A stretch of DNA of 17,207 bases from a candidate division WOR-3 bacterium (GTDB lineage Bacteria > Hydrothermota > Tepidihabitantia > SM23-42 > JAOAFX01): contig JBBILZ010000049.1 in the NCBI GenBank assembly GCA_037444665.1, positions 1 to 17,207 of the forward strand. The letters are read 5' to 3'. Both the position numbers and the translations under genes were made by a program. The notes beneath the pieces are model-generated. The model ran no database searches, was not told where the DNA came from, and saw only the letters and a list, made by a program, of their open reading frames with translations. Below, one piece after another: positions 1 to 9,369 of this stretch (the first letter of the stretch is position 1; every line of letters begins with the position of its first letter).

Positions 1-1
1 T

Positions 2-709
2 GCAGTAAAAATTTTGAGGTTCAAAAATAACCCTGATTATAAAGAATTAATAAAAAACTGTAATATTCTCCTATTTGCGACACCCGATGATAGAATATTG
101 GATGCCTTTAGTCAGGCAAAAAAATTTATTACCAATAAAAAATTTCTTTTCCATTTCAGTGGCTTGCTTTCTGCCGAGATATTTCCTACAAATAAGAATA
201 TTCATCGTGCTGCACTCCATCCCTTCGCAACATTTCCACGCATCAGCATTCCACCTTCAAGAAGAAGATATACCCTTTTTTTTCAGGGTGATAAACAGAG
301 TTATCACATCGCACGCAAGATATTCTCATCTGAGAATTTTCAAATTCGTTTGCTCAAAAAAGAACAAAAACCAGTTTACCACCTGGCGGGTGTATTTTCC
401 AGCAATCTTATTGTCGCATTGACTGAAGCAGTTTTGTGTCTAACAAAAAGATTGAAATGGCGGAAGGGCGATTTTGATGATTTGGTATTTCCGATGATGA
501 TAGAGACCATTACAAATGTCAAAAAATATGGGATAAAGAATGGATTGAGTGGACCTATTGTCAGAGGCGACATTGCATCAATAAAAAAACACCTGAAAAT
601 TTTAAAAAAGACTCCCGAACTTTATCGTGTCTATCGTGACCTTTCAAAAACAATAATAAAATATGCCCCATCTAATAAACAAAAACAACTCAAAAAAATT
701 TTAGGTTGA
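2..709 (+). CDS. DUF2520 domain / Rossmann-like oxidoreductase family protein (5'-truncated by window)
   Basis: The frame is open from position 2 to TGA 707-709. Motifs ATPDDRI, FHFSG, LHPFATF, YHLAGVFSSN and LSGPIVRGD..I.KHL..L are typical of Rossmann-like + DUF2520 proteins. Confidence 0.85.
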   Translation, partial: AVKILRFKNNPDYKELIKNCNILLFATPDDRILDAFSQAKKFITNKKFLFHFSGLLSAEIFPTNKNIHRAALHPFATFPRISIPPSRRRYTLFFQGDKQSYHIARKIFSSENFQIRLLKKEQKPVYHLAGVFSSNLIVALTEAVLCLTKRLKWRKGDFDDLVFPMMIETITNVKKYGIKNGLSGPIVRGDIASIKKHLKILKKTPELYRVYRDLSKTIIKYAPSNKQKQLKKILG

Positions 710-733
710 CTTTTCGCTAAAATAGAATAAAAT
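706..733 (+). promoter_or_regulatory. Putative sigma70 promoter (leaderless) for the 739 gene
   Basis: TTGACT (706-711), 16 nt spacer, TAAAAT (728-733). The ATG at 739 is only 5 nt downstream and has no Shine-Dalgarno. Confidence 0.6.
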
Positions 734-738
734 TTTTT

Positions 739-1668
739 ATGAGTAAAAAAATGGCTAAATATATCATATTGATCTTTATTGTCGTCTGTTTTTACTGCGC
801 GCATAAAGGACCTCCTTTGTATGTAGATAGAATTGACCCTAAAATAAAAAAGGTCGCACCTATTAACAACCATCAATTAATGCTCTTTTTTTCCGAAGAC
901 CTTGATACTTTAAGTTATAACTCAGAAAACTTTATTGTCCACACAGAACACGAGACCTTAAGAATCTTTGTCGTATGTCCGGGTAATACTCCAGACCAGC
1001 TCTTCCTCACCACAGAAAAAATGAATCAGATAAAATATAAAATAACTGGTAAGGTTTTTGATAAATCAGGAAGAATGGGTACCTTTACTACTCATTTTGT
1101 CGGTTCGCCGAAACCAGATACTATTGCACCCTGGGTAACTCATTACTCAAGAGGTTACCGTTTAAAAAAATTTGATTTAGAATTCTCTGAGCCTGTAGAT
1201 ACTTTATCTTTTAAATATTATGTGATGCCCAAAAAAAAGATGCAGGCAAAATGGCAATATTTAACAAAGGTATCGTTGATACCCATAAGCGAAGTTGAGT
1301 CACTCAATTATGATACAACATATTACCTGTATGTAAAAGATATCATTGACCTGAGTGGCAATCATATTCTACATTTTGCAACCAGTATAACACCTGATAC
1401 CACATATAATCCTTTATTTATCAAAGGCAAGGCATTACTCAATGATACTAGTATCAATAACGGCATCGCCATTATTGAGCGGAATAAGATTCTGGGAATC
1501 AGCCCAGTAAAACAGGGTGAATTCTCATTTGAAGTACGAGATAGTCTCAAATATCTTGTGCATATTATTATTCCTGATTTTTATGGTGCTGATTCTGTAT
1601 CAACATCACAGATAAATGAAATAAAATTAAAGCCTGGAGCAATAGATTTTGATTCCCTTATTAATTAG
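739..1668 (+). CDS. Lipoprotein with bacterial Ig-like (Big_5-type) domains
   Basis: Basic N-terminus and hydrophobic stretch, then Cys-AHKGPP..D..P. Two Ig-like repeats carry 'FSE.(L/V)DT.S' motifs and a 'DLSGN' turn. Confidence 0.7.
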   Translation: MSKKMAKYIILIFIVVCFYCAHKGPPLYVDRIDPKIKKVAPINNHQLMLFFSEDLDTLSYNSENFIVHTEHETLRIFVVCPGNTPDQLFLTTEKMNQIKYKITGKVFDKSGRMGTFTTHFVGSPKPDTIAPWVTHYSRGYRLKKFDLEFSEPVDTLSFKYYVMPKKKMQAKWQYLTKVSLIPISEVESLNYDTTYYLYVKDIIDLSGNHILHFATSITPDTTYNPLFIKGKALLNDTSINNGIAIIERNKILGISPVKQGEFSFEVRDSLKYLVHIIIPDFYGADSVSTSQINEIKLKPGAIDFDSLIN

Positions 1669-3562
1669 TCTCTGCGCCCTAATCTTGGCCATTCTTCTTT
1701 ATCATAACAGGAAAAAACAATTATTAATTAGAATTCTAATAATTATTTTTTTATACTTATTGATAACAAATTTTTCATTAAAAATAAAAACAAAGATAAC
1801 TCCTGGTCCACCCATATTGCTCATAGATTGTTCACCAAGTTTGAAAAACTATCTTTCAGAGATAACTCAAATTAGCAGTGCACTCAATTTCAAGTATCAA
1901 AACTTTTTTTTCAGCGACACAGTCTATGATAAACAGGGTCAGATAGCAGGTAGATTTACCAATATCACAAATGCCTTAAAAACCGCGCGCGACCTCTCTC
2001 CTTCAGCAATTATATTAATCTCTGACGGAAACCATAATTCAGGCTCGTCGCCTCTGGAACTGGTGGAAAATTTTAAAGTTCCTGTCTATTGCTTTGGTGT
2101 GGGCAATACTGAATTAAAAGACCAGGCAATAGTCAATCTGTTTTATCCCCATTACGCATTTCGTAATGACACAGTATCAGTCCAGGTAAATGTTGAAGTT
2201 GGGGGTATAGAAAAAATTGGTAAAATCATTTTAAGCGGAGAGAAAATATATCTGGAAAAAACCTTTAAATTGACAAAGCCTCTGAACCGGCATTCTTTTG
2301 AATTCTATTTTGTTCCCCAAAAAGCCGGCAATAATAGATATAAAATTTCACTTACACCTCAACCTGAAGAAATGGATTATAATAATAATAATTATAATTT
2401 CTCCATTGATGTATTTGAGCGTAAAATATCGTTGCTCTACTATACGGATCACCCATCTGCCAATACCTCTTTCATCACTAACTTCTTTAAAAATAATGTG
2501 AACCTTGAATTAACACAGGCTATTCGTATCTCAGAAGATAAATTCATTACTACAGGGAGAACGGTTAATCAAAGAGACATTGATTTAACAAAATTTGATA
2601 TCATCGTTTTTGACAATATAGACGGAGCCAGAATTCAGCAACACATCAAAGAACATATAATTAATGGAAAAGGTGTATTAATTAGTGGTATTATTAGCGG
2701 CGCAAGCGAAGTATTAAATGAAATCCTTCCTTTTCGCGTGGCGGGAACTCAATTAAACAAGGAATTATCCGTAAAAGTGTTATCACCATTTTCTGTTTTT
2801 TCTCCGCAAAGAGTATACGCACCAGTTTCAAAAATTAACCTTGTTACCGGGATAAATCCCCAAACAATTCTCATTGCACAGGCAGGAGATTATCCCCTTG
2901 TCGGTTATAGGCAGATAAATCGCGGTGTGATATTTCAGATTAATATTGCGGATATTGGTCTGTGGCATTTTGCCCAGTTGAATTTGAATAATCGTGACAT
3001 TTTAAAGCCCCTACTGGAAGAACTTATTAGATTTTTATCGCCCTATGGAAGAAACCAGAGATTGATTTTAGAAACGAAAAAACGGCAATATCATATCGGA
3101 GAAAAAATTTTGCTCACCTTACAGTGTTATAATAAAAATTTTACTCCCGGGTCAGGTGGTGATTTTTATTTAGATTTCGGACATAAAAAAATCCCTTTCT
3201 TTGAAGTTAAACCCGGTTTTTATGAAATGATATTTTCTGCCGACACAGCTGGAGAATTCACTATATTCGCACAGGGTTATGTAAATGATGATACACTTAT
3301 CAGCAATAAATTAACATTTAACATAATTGGCATTCCCTCAGAGCCTGAAGAAATATTGAATGAACATTTGCTGGAAGAGATTGCCCGAAGGACAGGTGGT
3401 GATTATTATCCCCTATCCCGGCTAAAGGAATTTCAACCACCACCACCAATTGAATATTACGAAACAAAAAGCATTCAATTTGACCAGCCAATTCTGTATA
3501 TCTTAATTTGTTGTCTGCTTATACTGGACTGGCTTATTAGAAAAAAAAGAGGAGAGATATGA
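1649..3562 (+). CDS. Membrane-anchored vWA-domain protein with Ig-like/CARDB and GATase-like domains
   Basis: Two N-terminal TM helices, vWA MIDAS-like LLIDCSPS, TNI..AL and IILISDGNHN. 'E.DYNNN' Ig-like motif, C-terminal 'LEEIARRTGGDY' and a final TM helix ending DWLIRKKRG. The TTG start overlaps the upstream gene and is uncertain. Confidence 0.7.
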   Translation: MIPLLISLCALILAILLYHNRKKQLLIRILIIIFLYLLITNFSLKIKTKITPGPPILLIDCSPSLKNYLSEITQISSALNFKYQNFFFSDTVYDKQGQIAGRFTNITNALKTARDLSPSAIILISDGNHNSGSSPLELVENFKVPVYCFGVGNTELKDQAIVNLFYPHYAFRNDTVSVQVNVEVGGIEKIGKIILSGEKIYLEKTFKLTKPLNRHSFEFYFVPQKAGNNRYKISLTPQPEEMDYNNNNYNFSIDVFERKISLLYYTDHPSANTSFITNFFKNNVNLELTQAIRISEDKFITTGRTVNQRDIDLTKFDIIVFDNIDGARIQQHIKEHIINGKGVLISGIISGASEVLNEILPFRVAGTQLNKELSVKVLSPFSVFSPQRVYAPVSKINLVTGINPQTILIAQAGDYPLVGYRQINRGVIFQINIADIGLWHFAQLNLNNRDILKPLLEELIRFLSPYGRNQRLILETKKRQYHIGEKILLTLQCYNKNFTPGSGGDFYLDFGHKKIPFFEVKPGFYEMIFSADTAGEFTIFAQGYVNDDTLISNKLTFNIIGIPSEPEEILNEHLLEEIARRTGGDYYPLSRLKEFQPPPPIEYYETKSIQFDQPILYILICCLLILDWLIRKKRGEI

Positions 3563-4092
3563 ATCCTCAGCAACTTGTAGCACACGGTATCGCACCGGAA
3601 TGGGCAGTATTTCTGACTTCAATGATTCCGGTCGTTGAATTACGTGGCGCATTACCCCTGGCTATTAATCTGTTCCACTTTCCCTGGTATAAGGCGTTCT
3701 TAATCTCCTTTATTGGTAATATTATACCTGTTCCATTTATACTAGTTTTTTTAAGACCCATTACCAACCTATTATGCAAAATTAATACTTTTAAAAAATT
3801 TTTTGACTGGTTATTCAAACGCACCAGGAAAAAAAGTTCAGTTATTGAAAAATATGAAGAACTTGGACTTATGATATTCGTTGCCATCCCTTTACCAGGC
3901 ACTGGTGCCTGGACCGGTGCCCTGCTTGCCTATCTTATGGATATTGATTTTAAGAAATCAATATTTTTTATAGGTCTTGGTGTATTTGTTGCTGGTATTA
4001 TTGTCACATCACTCTGTCTTATTGGTTGGCTCGGTGCAATTATTGCGGGCATTATCATAATAATTACAATTATCTTAAGATTCTTAACCTAA
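3559..4092 (+). CDS. Small multi-drug export protein (COG2426 family)
   Basis: Family motifs SMIPVVELRGALP, GNIIPVPFI and FVAIPLPGTGAWTGAL. ATGA overlap with the upstream stop and an AGAGGAG RBS. Confidence 0.9.
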   Translation: MNPQQLVAHGIAPEWAVFLTSMIPVVELRGALPLAINLFHFPWYKAFLISFIGNIIPVPFILVFLRPITNLLCKINTFKKFFDWLFKRTRKKSSVIEKYEELGLMIFVAIPLPGTGAWTGALLAYLMDIDFKKSIFFIGLGVFVAGIIVTSLCLIGWLGAIIAGIIIIITIILRFLT

Positions 4093-4099
4093 AATTATT

Positions 4100-4672
4100 C
4101 TACAAAAGTAAACTCATTCCAATACCCGTAAGTATTGGAACTGAGAAATTATCATCCCAGGGCAAGGGCAGTGCCTCAAAAATGGTAGACATCAAAGCAC
4201 CGGCAAAGAGAATCCAGAAAGGCACATTAAGCAGTGAATGGAGTATTACAACAACAATCACATTTGAACCAAAATAAGCAAGACTGCCAATCAGGGTTTT
4301 TTTAAATATTTTAGGACTTTTAATATTCTGCCCGAACATTGCTGCAAATGTATCACCAACAATTACAAATGAACAGGCAGATATAACGACCGGTCGGGAA
4401 AATAAAAATGCCGTGATCAAACAACCAAGCAATAAGAATGTAGCTCCGCTGAGATTAGTAAGTTCGCGCCGGCGTAAAAATGAACCAAAAAAAAGGATAA
4501 AACCTTCTTTTACACCATTAATATGTAATCTTATAAAATCTATAATAACAATACATGCAGTAACCAAAAGCAATAATGTCCGCGCCGATGCTTGAGGCAA
4601 AAGATAGTAGAGAACCGGAATAAATATTGCCCAGAGATTTAAAAGTTTACGAAAAACCTCTGCCTTAAGCAT
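4100..4672 (-). CDS. CTP-dependent polyprenol/phytol/diacylglycerol kinase family (SEC59/DGK1/VTE5) membrane protein
   Basis: Multi-TM protein with N-terminal E..RK, then LRRRE...SGAT, GDTFAA.FG, KT..GS and DDNFSVP motifs. Confidence 0.8.
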   Translation of the reverse strand: MLKAEVFRKLLNLWAIFIPVLYYLLPQASARTLLLLVTACIVIIDFIRLHINGVKEGFILFFGSFLRRRELTNLSGATFLLLGCLITAFLFSRPVVISACSFVIVGDTFAAMFGQNIKSPKIFKKTLIGSLAYFGSNVIVVVILHSLLNVPFWILFAGALMSTIFEALPLPWDDNFSVPILTGIGMSLLL

Positions 4673-4678
4673 TGCTGT

Positions 4679-5602
4679 TTAGAAAACGAGTCCGGCAGAA
4701 AATTTATTGGATAAACCCAAGTCTGAATGGGTAATTAAACCATAATCAAAGACCAATCTCTTATATCTCAATCCTGCGCCTGCTGTATATCTACCTCCAC
4801 TCTTACCCAGACGTCCATAGATTTTATTTTGGTACGCCAACTCTATACCGGTATCCAATCTTAATTCATCAAAAGAGAGGTCTTTGACAAGGTCAACTTC
4901 AATTGTTAATGTTGAATTAATACCAGTTAGAGGGATAAGTGGTGCTAATCCAAAAGTCATCTTTGGTGAGATATACTCTTTTGAATCGTTATCCCAGTAA
5001 ACTGGGGAAAGAATAAAATCACGAACTGTAAAACCTGCGTTCAAATTTTTTAGATTCAATCGCAATCCAATATCCATGCCACCGCCCAATCCGGATAGAA
5101 CTGCAAGGTCACGGTAGTATAATTTTAAATTTACACCGTAGGCAAAAAGATTTCTACTTTTTGCCGCATTGAAATAAAAAATCATATCTCGTGTAGAAAT
5201 TGTATCATAGGGAATTGGTTGGTTTCCATCTCCTGGTTGCTGGGCCGTATCAGGAAGGGTTGTCAATTTGATATTGCCAGCAGAAACCATTTGAAAACCA
5301 ATTCCATAGGCACTATTTATCTTAGGAATAACCAATGCACCAAATTCACTCTTTATGATGCCAGAAAAATTTTCCGCATGCATAAAATGGCAGGAACGGT
5401 CAATAAAAGGTGCATTTGCAGGATTTAAGAGCAATGCAGTAGGGTCAATGCCCTGGGCAACACCTGTGCAACCCATTCCACAGATTCTACCACCCACTAT
5501 CAATTCCTGGAATTCACCCGCGTATTTTGTAGCATTTGCTAAAGAAAAAATGACTACCAAAATTATAATGGGTAGTCTATTAAATTTTACGATGCAACAC
5601 AT
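4679..5602 (-). CDS. PorV/UPF0164-like outer-membrane beta-barrel protein
   Basis: Signal peptide, KYAGEF..L.VGGR..GMG...A...DPTA...NPA motif, amphipathic beta-strands and a terminal Phe. GAGGAG RBS upstream of ATG 5602. Confidence 0.75.
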   Translation of the reverse strand: MCCIVKFNRLPIIILVVIFSLANATKYAGEFQELIVGGRICGMGCTGVAQGIDPTALLLNPANAPFIDRSCHFMHAENFSGIIKSEFGALVIPKINSAYGIGFQMVSAGNIKLTTLPDTAQQPGDGNQPIPYDTISTRDMIFYFNAAKSRNLFAYGVNLKLYYRDLAVLSGLGGGMDIGLRLNLKNLNAGFTVRDFILSPVYWDNDSKEYISPKMTFGLAPLIPLTGINSTLTIEVDLVKDLSFDELRLDTGIELAYQNKIYGRLGKSGGRYTAGAGLRYKRLVFDYGLITHSDLGLSNKFSAGLVF

Positions 5603-6879
5603 TTTACAACTCCTCTCAAATATTTTTTTACTCTTGTGCCATGGCCATGTCGTGCCCTTACTGTAATCCTGAATTCATACTCTCCAGGCGGCACCACCTG
5701 ACCATCGCTATTCATACCATCCCAGACAATAAGAACTTCACCAGGGGGCCTTTTTAAACCATCTATTAAAGAAATTAATTTATTTCCTGATTGATTATAA
5801 ATATCAATATCTATTCGTGCCTCATCAGTGACATATAGTGCTAGTGTTGTACCTGGCTGGCGCGCAGAAAATACTGATGGAAAACAACCAACAAAAATTG
5901 CATCAATCGCAATCCAGAGGTACTGTCCACCCTCTTTTTCTGTAATAAAAACCTGACCATATCGCCTACCAATCGCAATCCCTCTTGGTGAATGGAATTC
6001 ACCTTTATCAGTTCCTGTTCTACCTTCAGATATTATGTAACTTAAATTCCGGTCAAATTTATGTATCTGGTCATTCTTGTCATCGGTAACATAAATATTA
6101 CCAAAATAATCTACTGCACAATATAGAAAATTTGCATCCGCAAGTCCAATTTCAAAACTATAAATTGAATTTAAGAATCTACCTGAAGTTGCAAACCGTG
6201 AAACCCTCTGTCCTTCGTTATCCACTACTACAATAAAATCATCATGGTAGTAGTTATTTCCTGCTTCCGCATCAATTACTTCAATTCCAAGTGGCTGGTA
6301 AATTTCACCATAAGACCTGCCCTCCCTTCCAAATGACCTCAAGAGTGAATCCTGTGGTGAATAAACATATATCTTGGAATTATCATAATCTGTGATATAA
6401 AGATTATTCTTTGAATCAAAACAAACATCAAATGGCTTACCCGGTAATTTTATCTCACTGACATATTCAAGCTTTCCTTTAGTATATTGTAATTTGACAA
6501 CTCGCCTGTTTCCGAAATCAGCGAGGGCAATCAAACCATCTTCATTTATTGTTATACCTTTGGGTTGAGAAAACATTTTATCATTACCATAGACCTTTAC
6601 CTCAGCCAGTCCAATATTATACACAATCTGCCCCCTTCCTGAATTTACTGCAAATACTGAAAGTTCATCATCATCTTTCTTTGTTTTAGGGTCATCCAGC
6701 TCCTTTAATTTAACGGCAGCAATGCCCTGGGGGTCATCATAATCAAAATTGGGTCCAATAAATAATCGTAAATAATATTTAGATGCCCGATAAAAACCAA
6801 AGGTATGCTCAAACGGTGGCACAGCCAGAGTTTGAGGCTGATATTGACTTATTAGAAAGAATATTAAATTGAGCACCAT
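5587..6879 (-). CDS. NHL-repeat beta-propeller protein with C-terminal FlgD Ig-like domain
   Basis: Repeats F..P.GI.....G.I.V.D.GN.RV and G.F..P.GI. The C-terminus IYNQSG....L....PG.....WDG.N..G..VPPG.Y is FlgD_ig-like. The start is more likely ATG 6879 or GTG 6876 than 6903, because a consensus promoter overlaps 6883-6910. Confidence 0.8.
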   Translation of the reverse strand: MVLNLIFFLISQYQPQTLAVPPFEHTFGFYRASKYYLRLFIGPNFDYDDPQGIAAVKLKELDDPKTKKDDDELSVFAVNSGRGQIVYNIGLAEVKVYGNDKMFSQPKGITINEDGLIALADFGNRRVVKLQYTKGKLEYVSEIKLPGKPFDVCFDSKNNLYITDYDNSKIYVYSPQDSLLRSFGREGRSYGEIYQPLGIEVIDAEAGNNYYHDDFIVVVDNEGQRVSRFATSGRFLNSIYSFEIGLADANFLYCAVDYFGNIYVTDDKNDQIHKFDRNLSYIISEGRTGTDKGEFHSPRGIAIGRRYGQVFITEKEGGQYLWIAIDAIFVGCFPSVFSARQPGTTLALYVTDEARIDIDIYNQSGNKLISLIDGLKRPPGEVLIVWDGMNSDGQVVPPGEYEFRITVRARHGHGTRVKKYLRGVVKCVAS

Positions 6880-6882
6880 ATA

Positions 6883-6910
6883 ATTATAAGTATTTTTACT
6901 CATTTGTCAA
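6883..6910 (-). promoter_or_regulatory. Sigma70 promoter for the NHL-PorV-kinase operon
   Basis: Minus strand TTGACA (6910-6905), 16 nt spacer, TATAAT (6888-6883), then an in-frame GTG 6 nt later. Confidence 0.75.
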
Positions 6911-6932
6911 TGGTAAATGGAAATAAAAACTG

Positions 6933-6960
6933 TTGACATAATAGCAAAAATTTATAAAAT
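6933..6960 (+). promoter_or_regulatory. Sigma70 promoter facing the diguanylate cyclase
   Basis: TTGACA (6933-6938), 16 nt spacer, TAAAAT (6955-6960), back-to-back with the divergent promoter. Confidence 0.65.
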
Positions 6961-6965
6961 ATTAT

Positions 6966-7133
6966 GTGCAAAATTTAGTTATATTTAATTTTTCAAAGGA
7001 ATTAACACTCAGACATAAATTCCATCTTCCTATCCTGCTTATAACCAAGAAAGTTCTAATGCATTCCATTACAAAACCTCCTGAAAATTATAAAGAATCC
7101 TTCAGTATCAACGATAAATTATTTTCTGATTAG
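6966..7133 (+). CDS. Possible leaderless small ORF (55 aa, MQNLVIFNFSKELTLRHKFHLPILL...DKLFSD)
   Basis: GTG 5 nt after the -10 box. The frame is open for 55 codons in AT-rich DNA and stops 6 nt before the DGC start. No recognisable homology. Confidence 0.3.
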   Translation: MQNLVIFNFSKELTLRHKFHLPILLITKKVLMHSITKPPENYKESFSINDKLFSD

Positions 7134-7139
7134 GATAAA

Positions 7140-9098
7140 ATGAAGTTCTTTTACATACTCGCTATTATTTACACACTAATTGCTGCTCGTGGTATATTTC
7201 AGTTCAATGTCAATACAAAATTAGGATATTTTTTACTCGGTATATTAATGTTATACTACATTTTTTACATATTAAAAAAGAAAATCCAATTTTATCATAC
7301 AGTTATTGCCGGAATATTTATTAATATTTTAGTCCAATTAACAGGCGGATTAAAATCTCCATTCTTTGTCTTTTATTTTCCGGTTTTACCCATTATTGGT
7401 TTCCGCGAGCACCAGAATAATTATTGGTTCTGCGCCGCTGCCATTGTTCTTATAGAATTAATTTCCAGCATTTTTAAACATCATTTTAATATACTCCCAC
7501 TGCTATGCCTCGCAGTGGCAATTATCATCACGGGCATCATTATCAATAAGATATCTCAGCGTGAAGACCGATTAAAAAAATCATTAGCCCGTTACGAAGC
7601 ACGGGATTATTTCTTTGGACCGGCTGATTTTGAAAGTAAAAATCTTATTACTTCAATTAAGGATATTGATAGACATCCGGGTATTGAAAGGCCATTGCTC
7701 TATTACATAAAGTTCATTCACAACATTTTTAATTGTCATACCACTGCCATCTTTTCTTATAATGAAGATAAACTTGTTCTTGTGCAGGGTTTTTCACGCT
7801 CCGAATTATTTAAACCTGATACAGTTTTAAATGTGGAGCGTGGATTATACCGCCAGGTTATTATGGAAAAAAAAACAGTGCTCATAAAAGAGTTTGTCCA
7901 GAGTTCTGATGAACTCGGTTTTTATAGAGGAGATGTCATCCTTTCATCTGTGATTATTGCACCAATCGTTATAATTGACCGTGTGGAAGGGATTTTTGTT
8001 ATTGACCGTAAAGAGAATCATTTTACTGAAGAGGACAAAACAAATTTTGACGAAGCAGCAAAAGGTGCAGGATTTCTGATTGCTATGCTCAGGTTATATG
8101 AAAAAGAAAGGTATGAATCTCAGTATTTATCTTCAATTGCCGAACTTGCACGCAGATTACAGCGTGGCCTTGAATTGAAAGCAATTGTTAATGATACAGT
8201 TAAATCATTTCGCTCTGTTTTAAATTGTGATGACCTATCAATTGCGGCAATTGATGAACTGAATAACCAGGGCACAATTATTGAATCTACTTATTTAAAA
8301 GAAAACATAAAATTCAGTTTGGATGAAGGACTTGTGGGGCTTGTGGTCAGGCATCAGAATTATATTATGAAGGAAGATATGAGTGAAGGCAATTTAATTG
8401 TTTTTAAAAAAGGAGAAAAGAAAAATCGTGGTTCCTTTCTTGGCGTTCCAGTAAAAGGTGACCACGAAGTTTTAGGTGTAATATGGCTTGAAGACCACCG
8501 TCGTAAAAGATTTGGTGACGAGGATATTGAAGCACTCAACATCCTTTCATCACAGCTAACACTTGCCTGGCAGAGGGCAATTCTCTATGAAAGGGTTAAA
8601 GAACTATCAATAAGAGATGGTTTGACTGGACTATACAATCACCGGCATTTTCAGGAAATTCTGGAACAGGAACTAAAAAAACAGCGAGAATTGATTTTAT
8701 TATTATTTGATATTGATTTTTTCAAAAAAATAAATGATACTTATGGACACCAAGCAGGTGATGAAGTTTTGAAATTCATTGGTAGGCTCATATCACAAAC
8801 TGGCATTTCTGGAAGGTATGGGGGCGAAGAATTTGCAATAATTCTACCTAACTGCAGTTTGAAAAAGAGTGCTGAAATTGCTGTCCGTTTAAAGGACCAC
8901 ATCAATAAGTCTGAAATACAGTTCAATCAACATAAAATAAAATTCACTATAAGCATTGGTATTGCCCATTATCCAAAGGATGCAAAAAATCGGGTTGAAT
9001 TAATAGAGCAGGCAGACCGCGCCCTTTATTCAGCAAAAGAAACTGGACGGAATAAAATTGTGATTGCCAAATCCCTGACTCCAGAACAAACATCGTAG
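7140..9098 (+). CDS. Membrane-bound diguanylate cyclase with two GAF domains
   Basis: About 5-6 N-terminal TM helices and two GAF domains (F...D...L motifs). GGDEF domain with DGLTGLYN, DIDFFKKINDTYGHQAGD, RYGGEEF, TISIG and ADRALYSAKETGRN. Confidence 0.93.
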   Translation: MKFFYILAIIYTLIAARGIFQFNVNTKLGYFLLGILMLYYIFYILKKKIQFYHTVIAGIFINILVQLTGGLKSPFFVFYFPVLPIIGFREHQNNYWFCAAAIVLIELISSIFKHHFNILPLLCLAVAIIITGIIINKISQREDRLKKSLARYEARDYFFGPADFESKNLITSIKDIDRHPGIERPLLYYIKFIHNIFNCHTTAIFSYNEDKLVLVQGFSRSELFKPDTVLNVERGLYRQVIMEKKTVLIKEFVQSSDELGFYRGDVILSSVIIAPIVIIDRVEGIFVIDRKENHFTEEDKTNFDEAAKGAGFLIAMLRLYEKERYESQYLSSIAELARRLQRGLELKAIVNDTVKSFRSVLNCDDLSIAAIDELNNQGTIIESTYLKENIKFSLDEGLVGLVVRHQNYIMKEDMSEGNLIVFKKGEKKNRGSFLGVPVKGDHEVLGVIWLEDHRRKRFGDEDIEALNILSSQLTLAWQRAILYERVKELSIRDGLTGLYNHRHFQEILEQELKKQRELILLLFDIDFFKKINDTYGHQAGDEVLKFIGRLISQTGISGRYGGEEFAIILPNCSLKKSAEIAVRLKDHINKSEIQFNQHKIKFTISIGIAHYPKDAKNRVELIEQADRALYSAKETGRNKIVIAKSLTPEQTS

Positions 9099-9164
9099 TT
9101 TACAATCTGTATCACTATCCATTTTTACTTTCCTAAATTTACTAATACCCTGCAAGTTGCATTA

Positions 9165-9260
9165 TTAAAAAACTGCCCCGGAATTCAGTTTGGTAGAAAT
9201 GTGGTAAAAATATCTTTAAAAATCATAAACAAAAAATCACTTCAACAATTAAATAATTAA
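9165..9260 (+). pseudogene. Vestigial HD-GYP C-terminal tail
   Basis: Translates LKNCPGIQFGRNVVKISLKIINKKSLQQLNN*, which aligns with LKSLSGIQFDRNVVKTFLKIIEENSSFKHLNN of the HD-GYP fragment at 16822-16932. Confidence 0.75.
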
Positions 9261-9369
9261 ACAATTGTTTAACTATTTAAACGTCCATTAAAGTATTTTT
9301 TAAAAATTTTCTTGTGGTTCAGTTTTGAAATATGCTACTAGCCAGGAATGTTTATACAGAACATACATC

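Noticed and set aside
2378..2398. (AAT)n microsatellite
   Set aside because: It encodes the DYNNNNYN motif typical of Ig-like/CARDB domains; in frame and short.
9151..9161. TGCAAGTTGCA mini-palindrome next to the left repeat boundary
   Set aside because: Too short to be significant and absent from copy 2.
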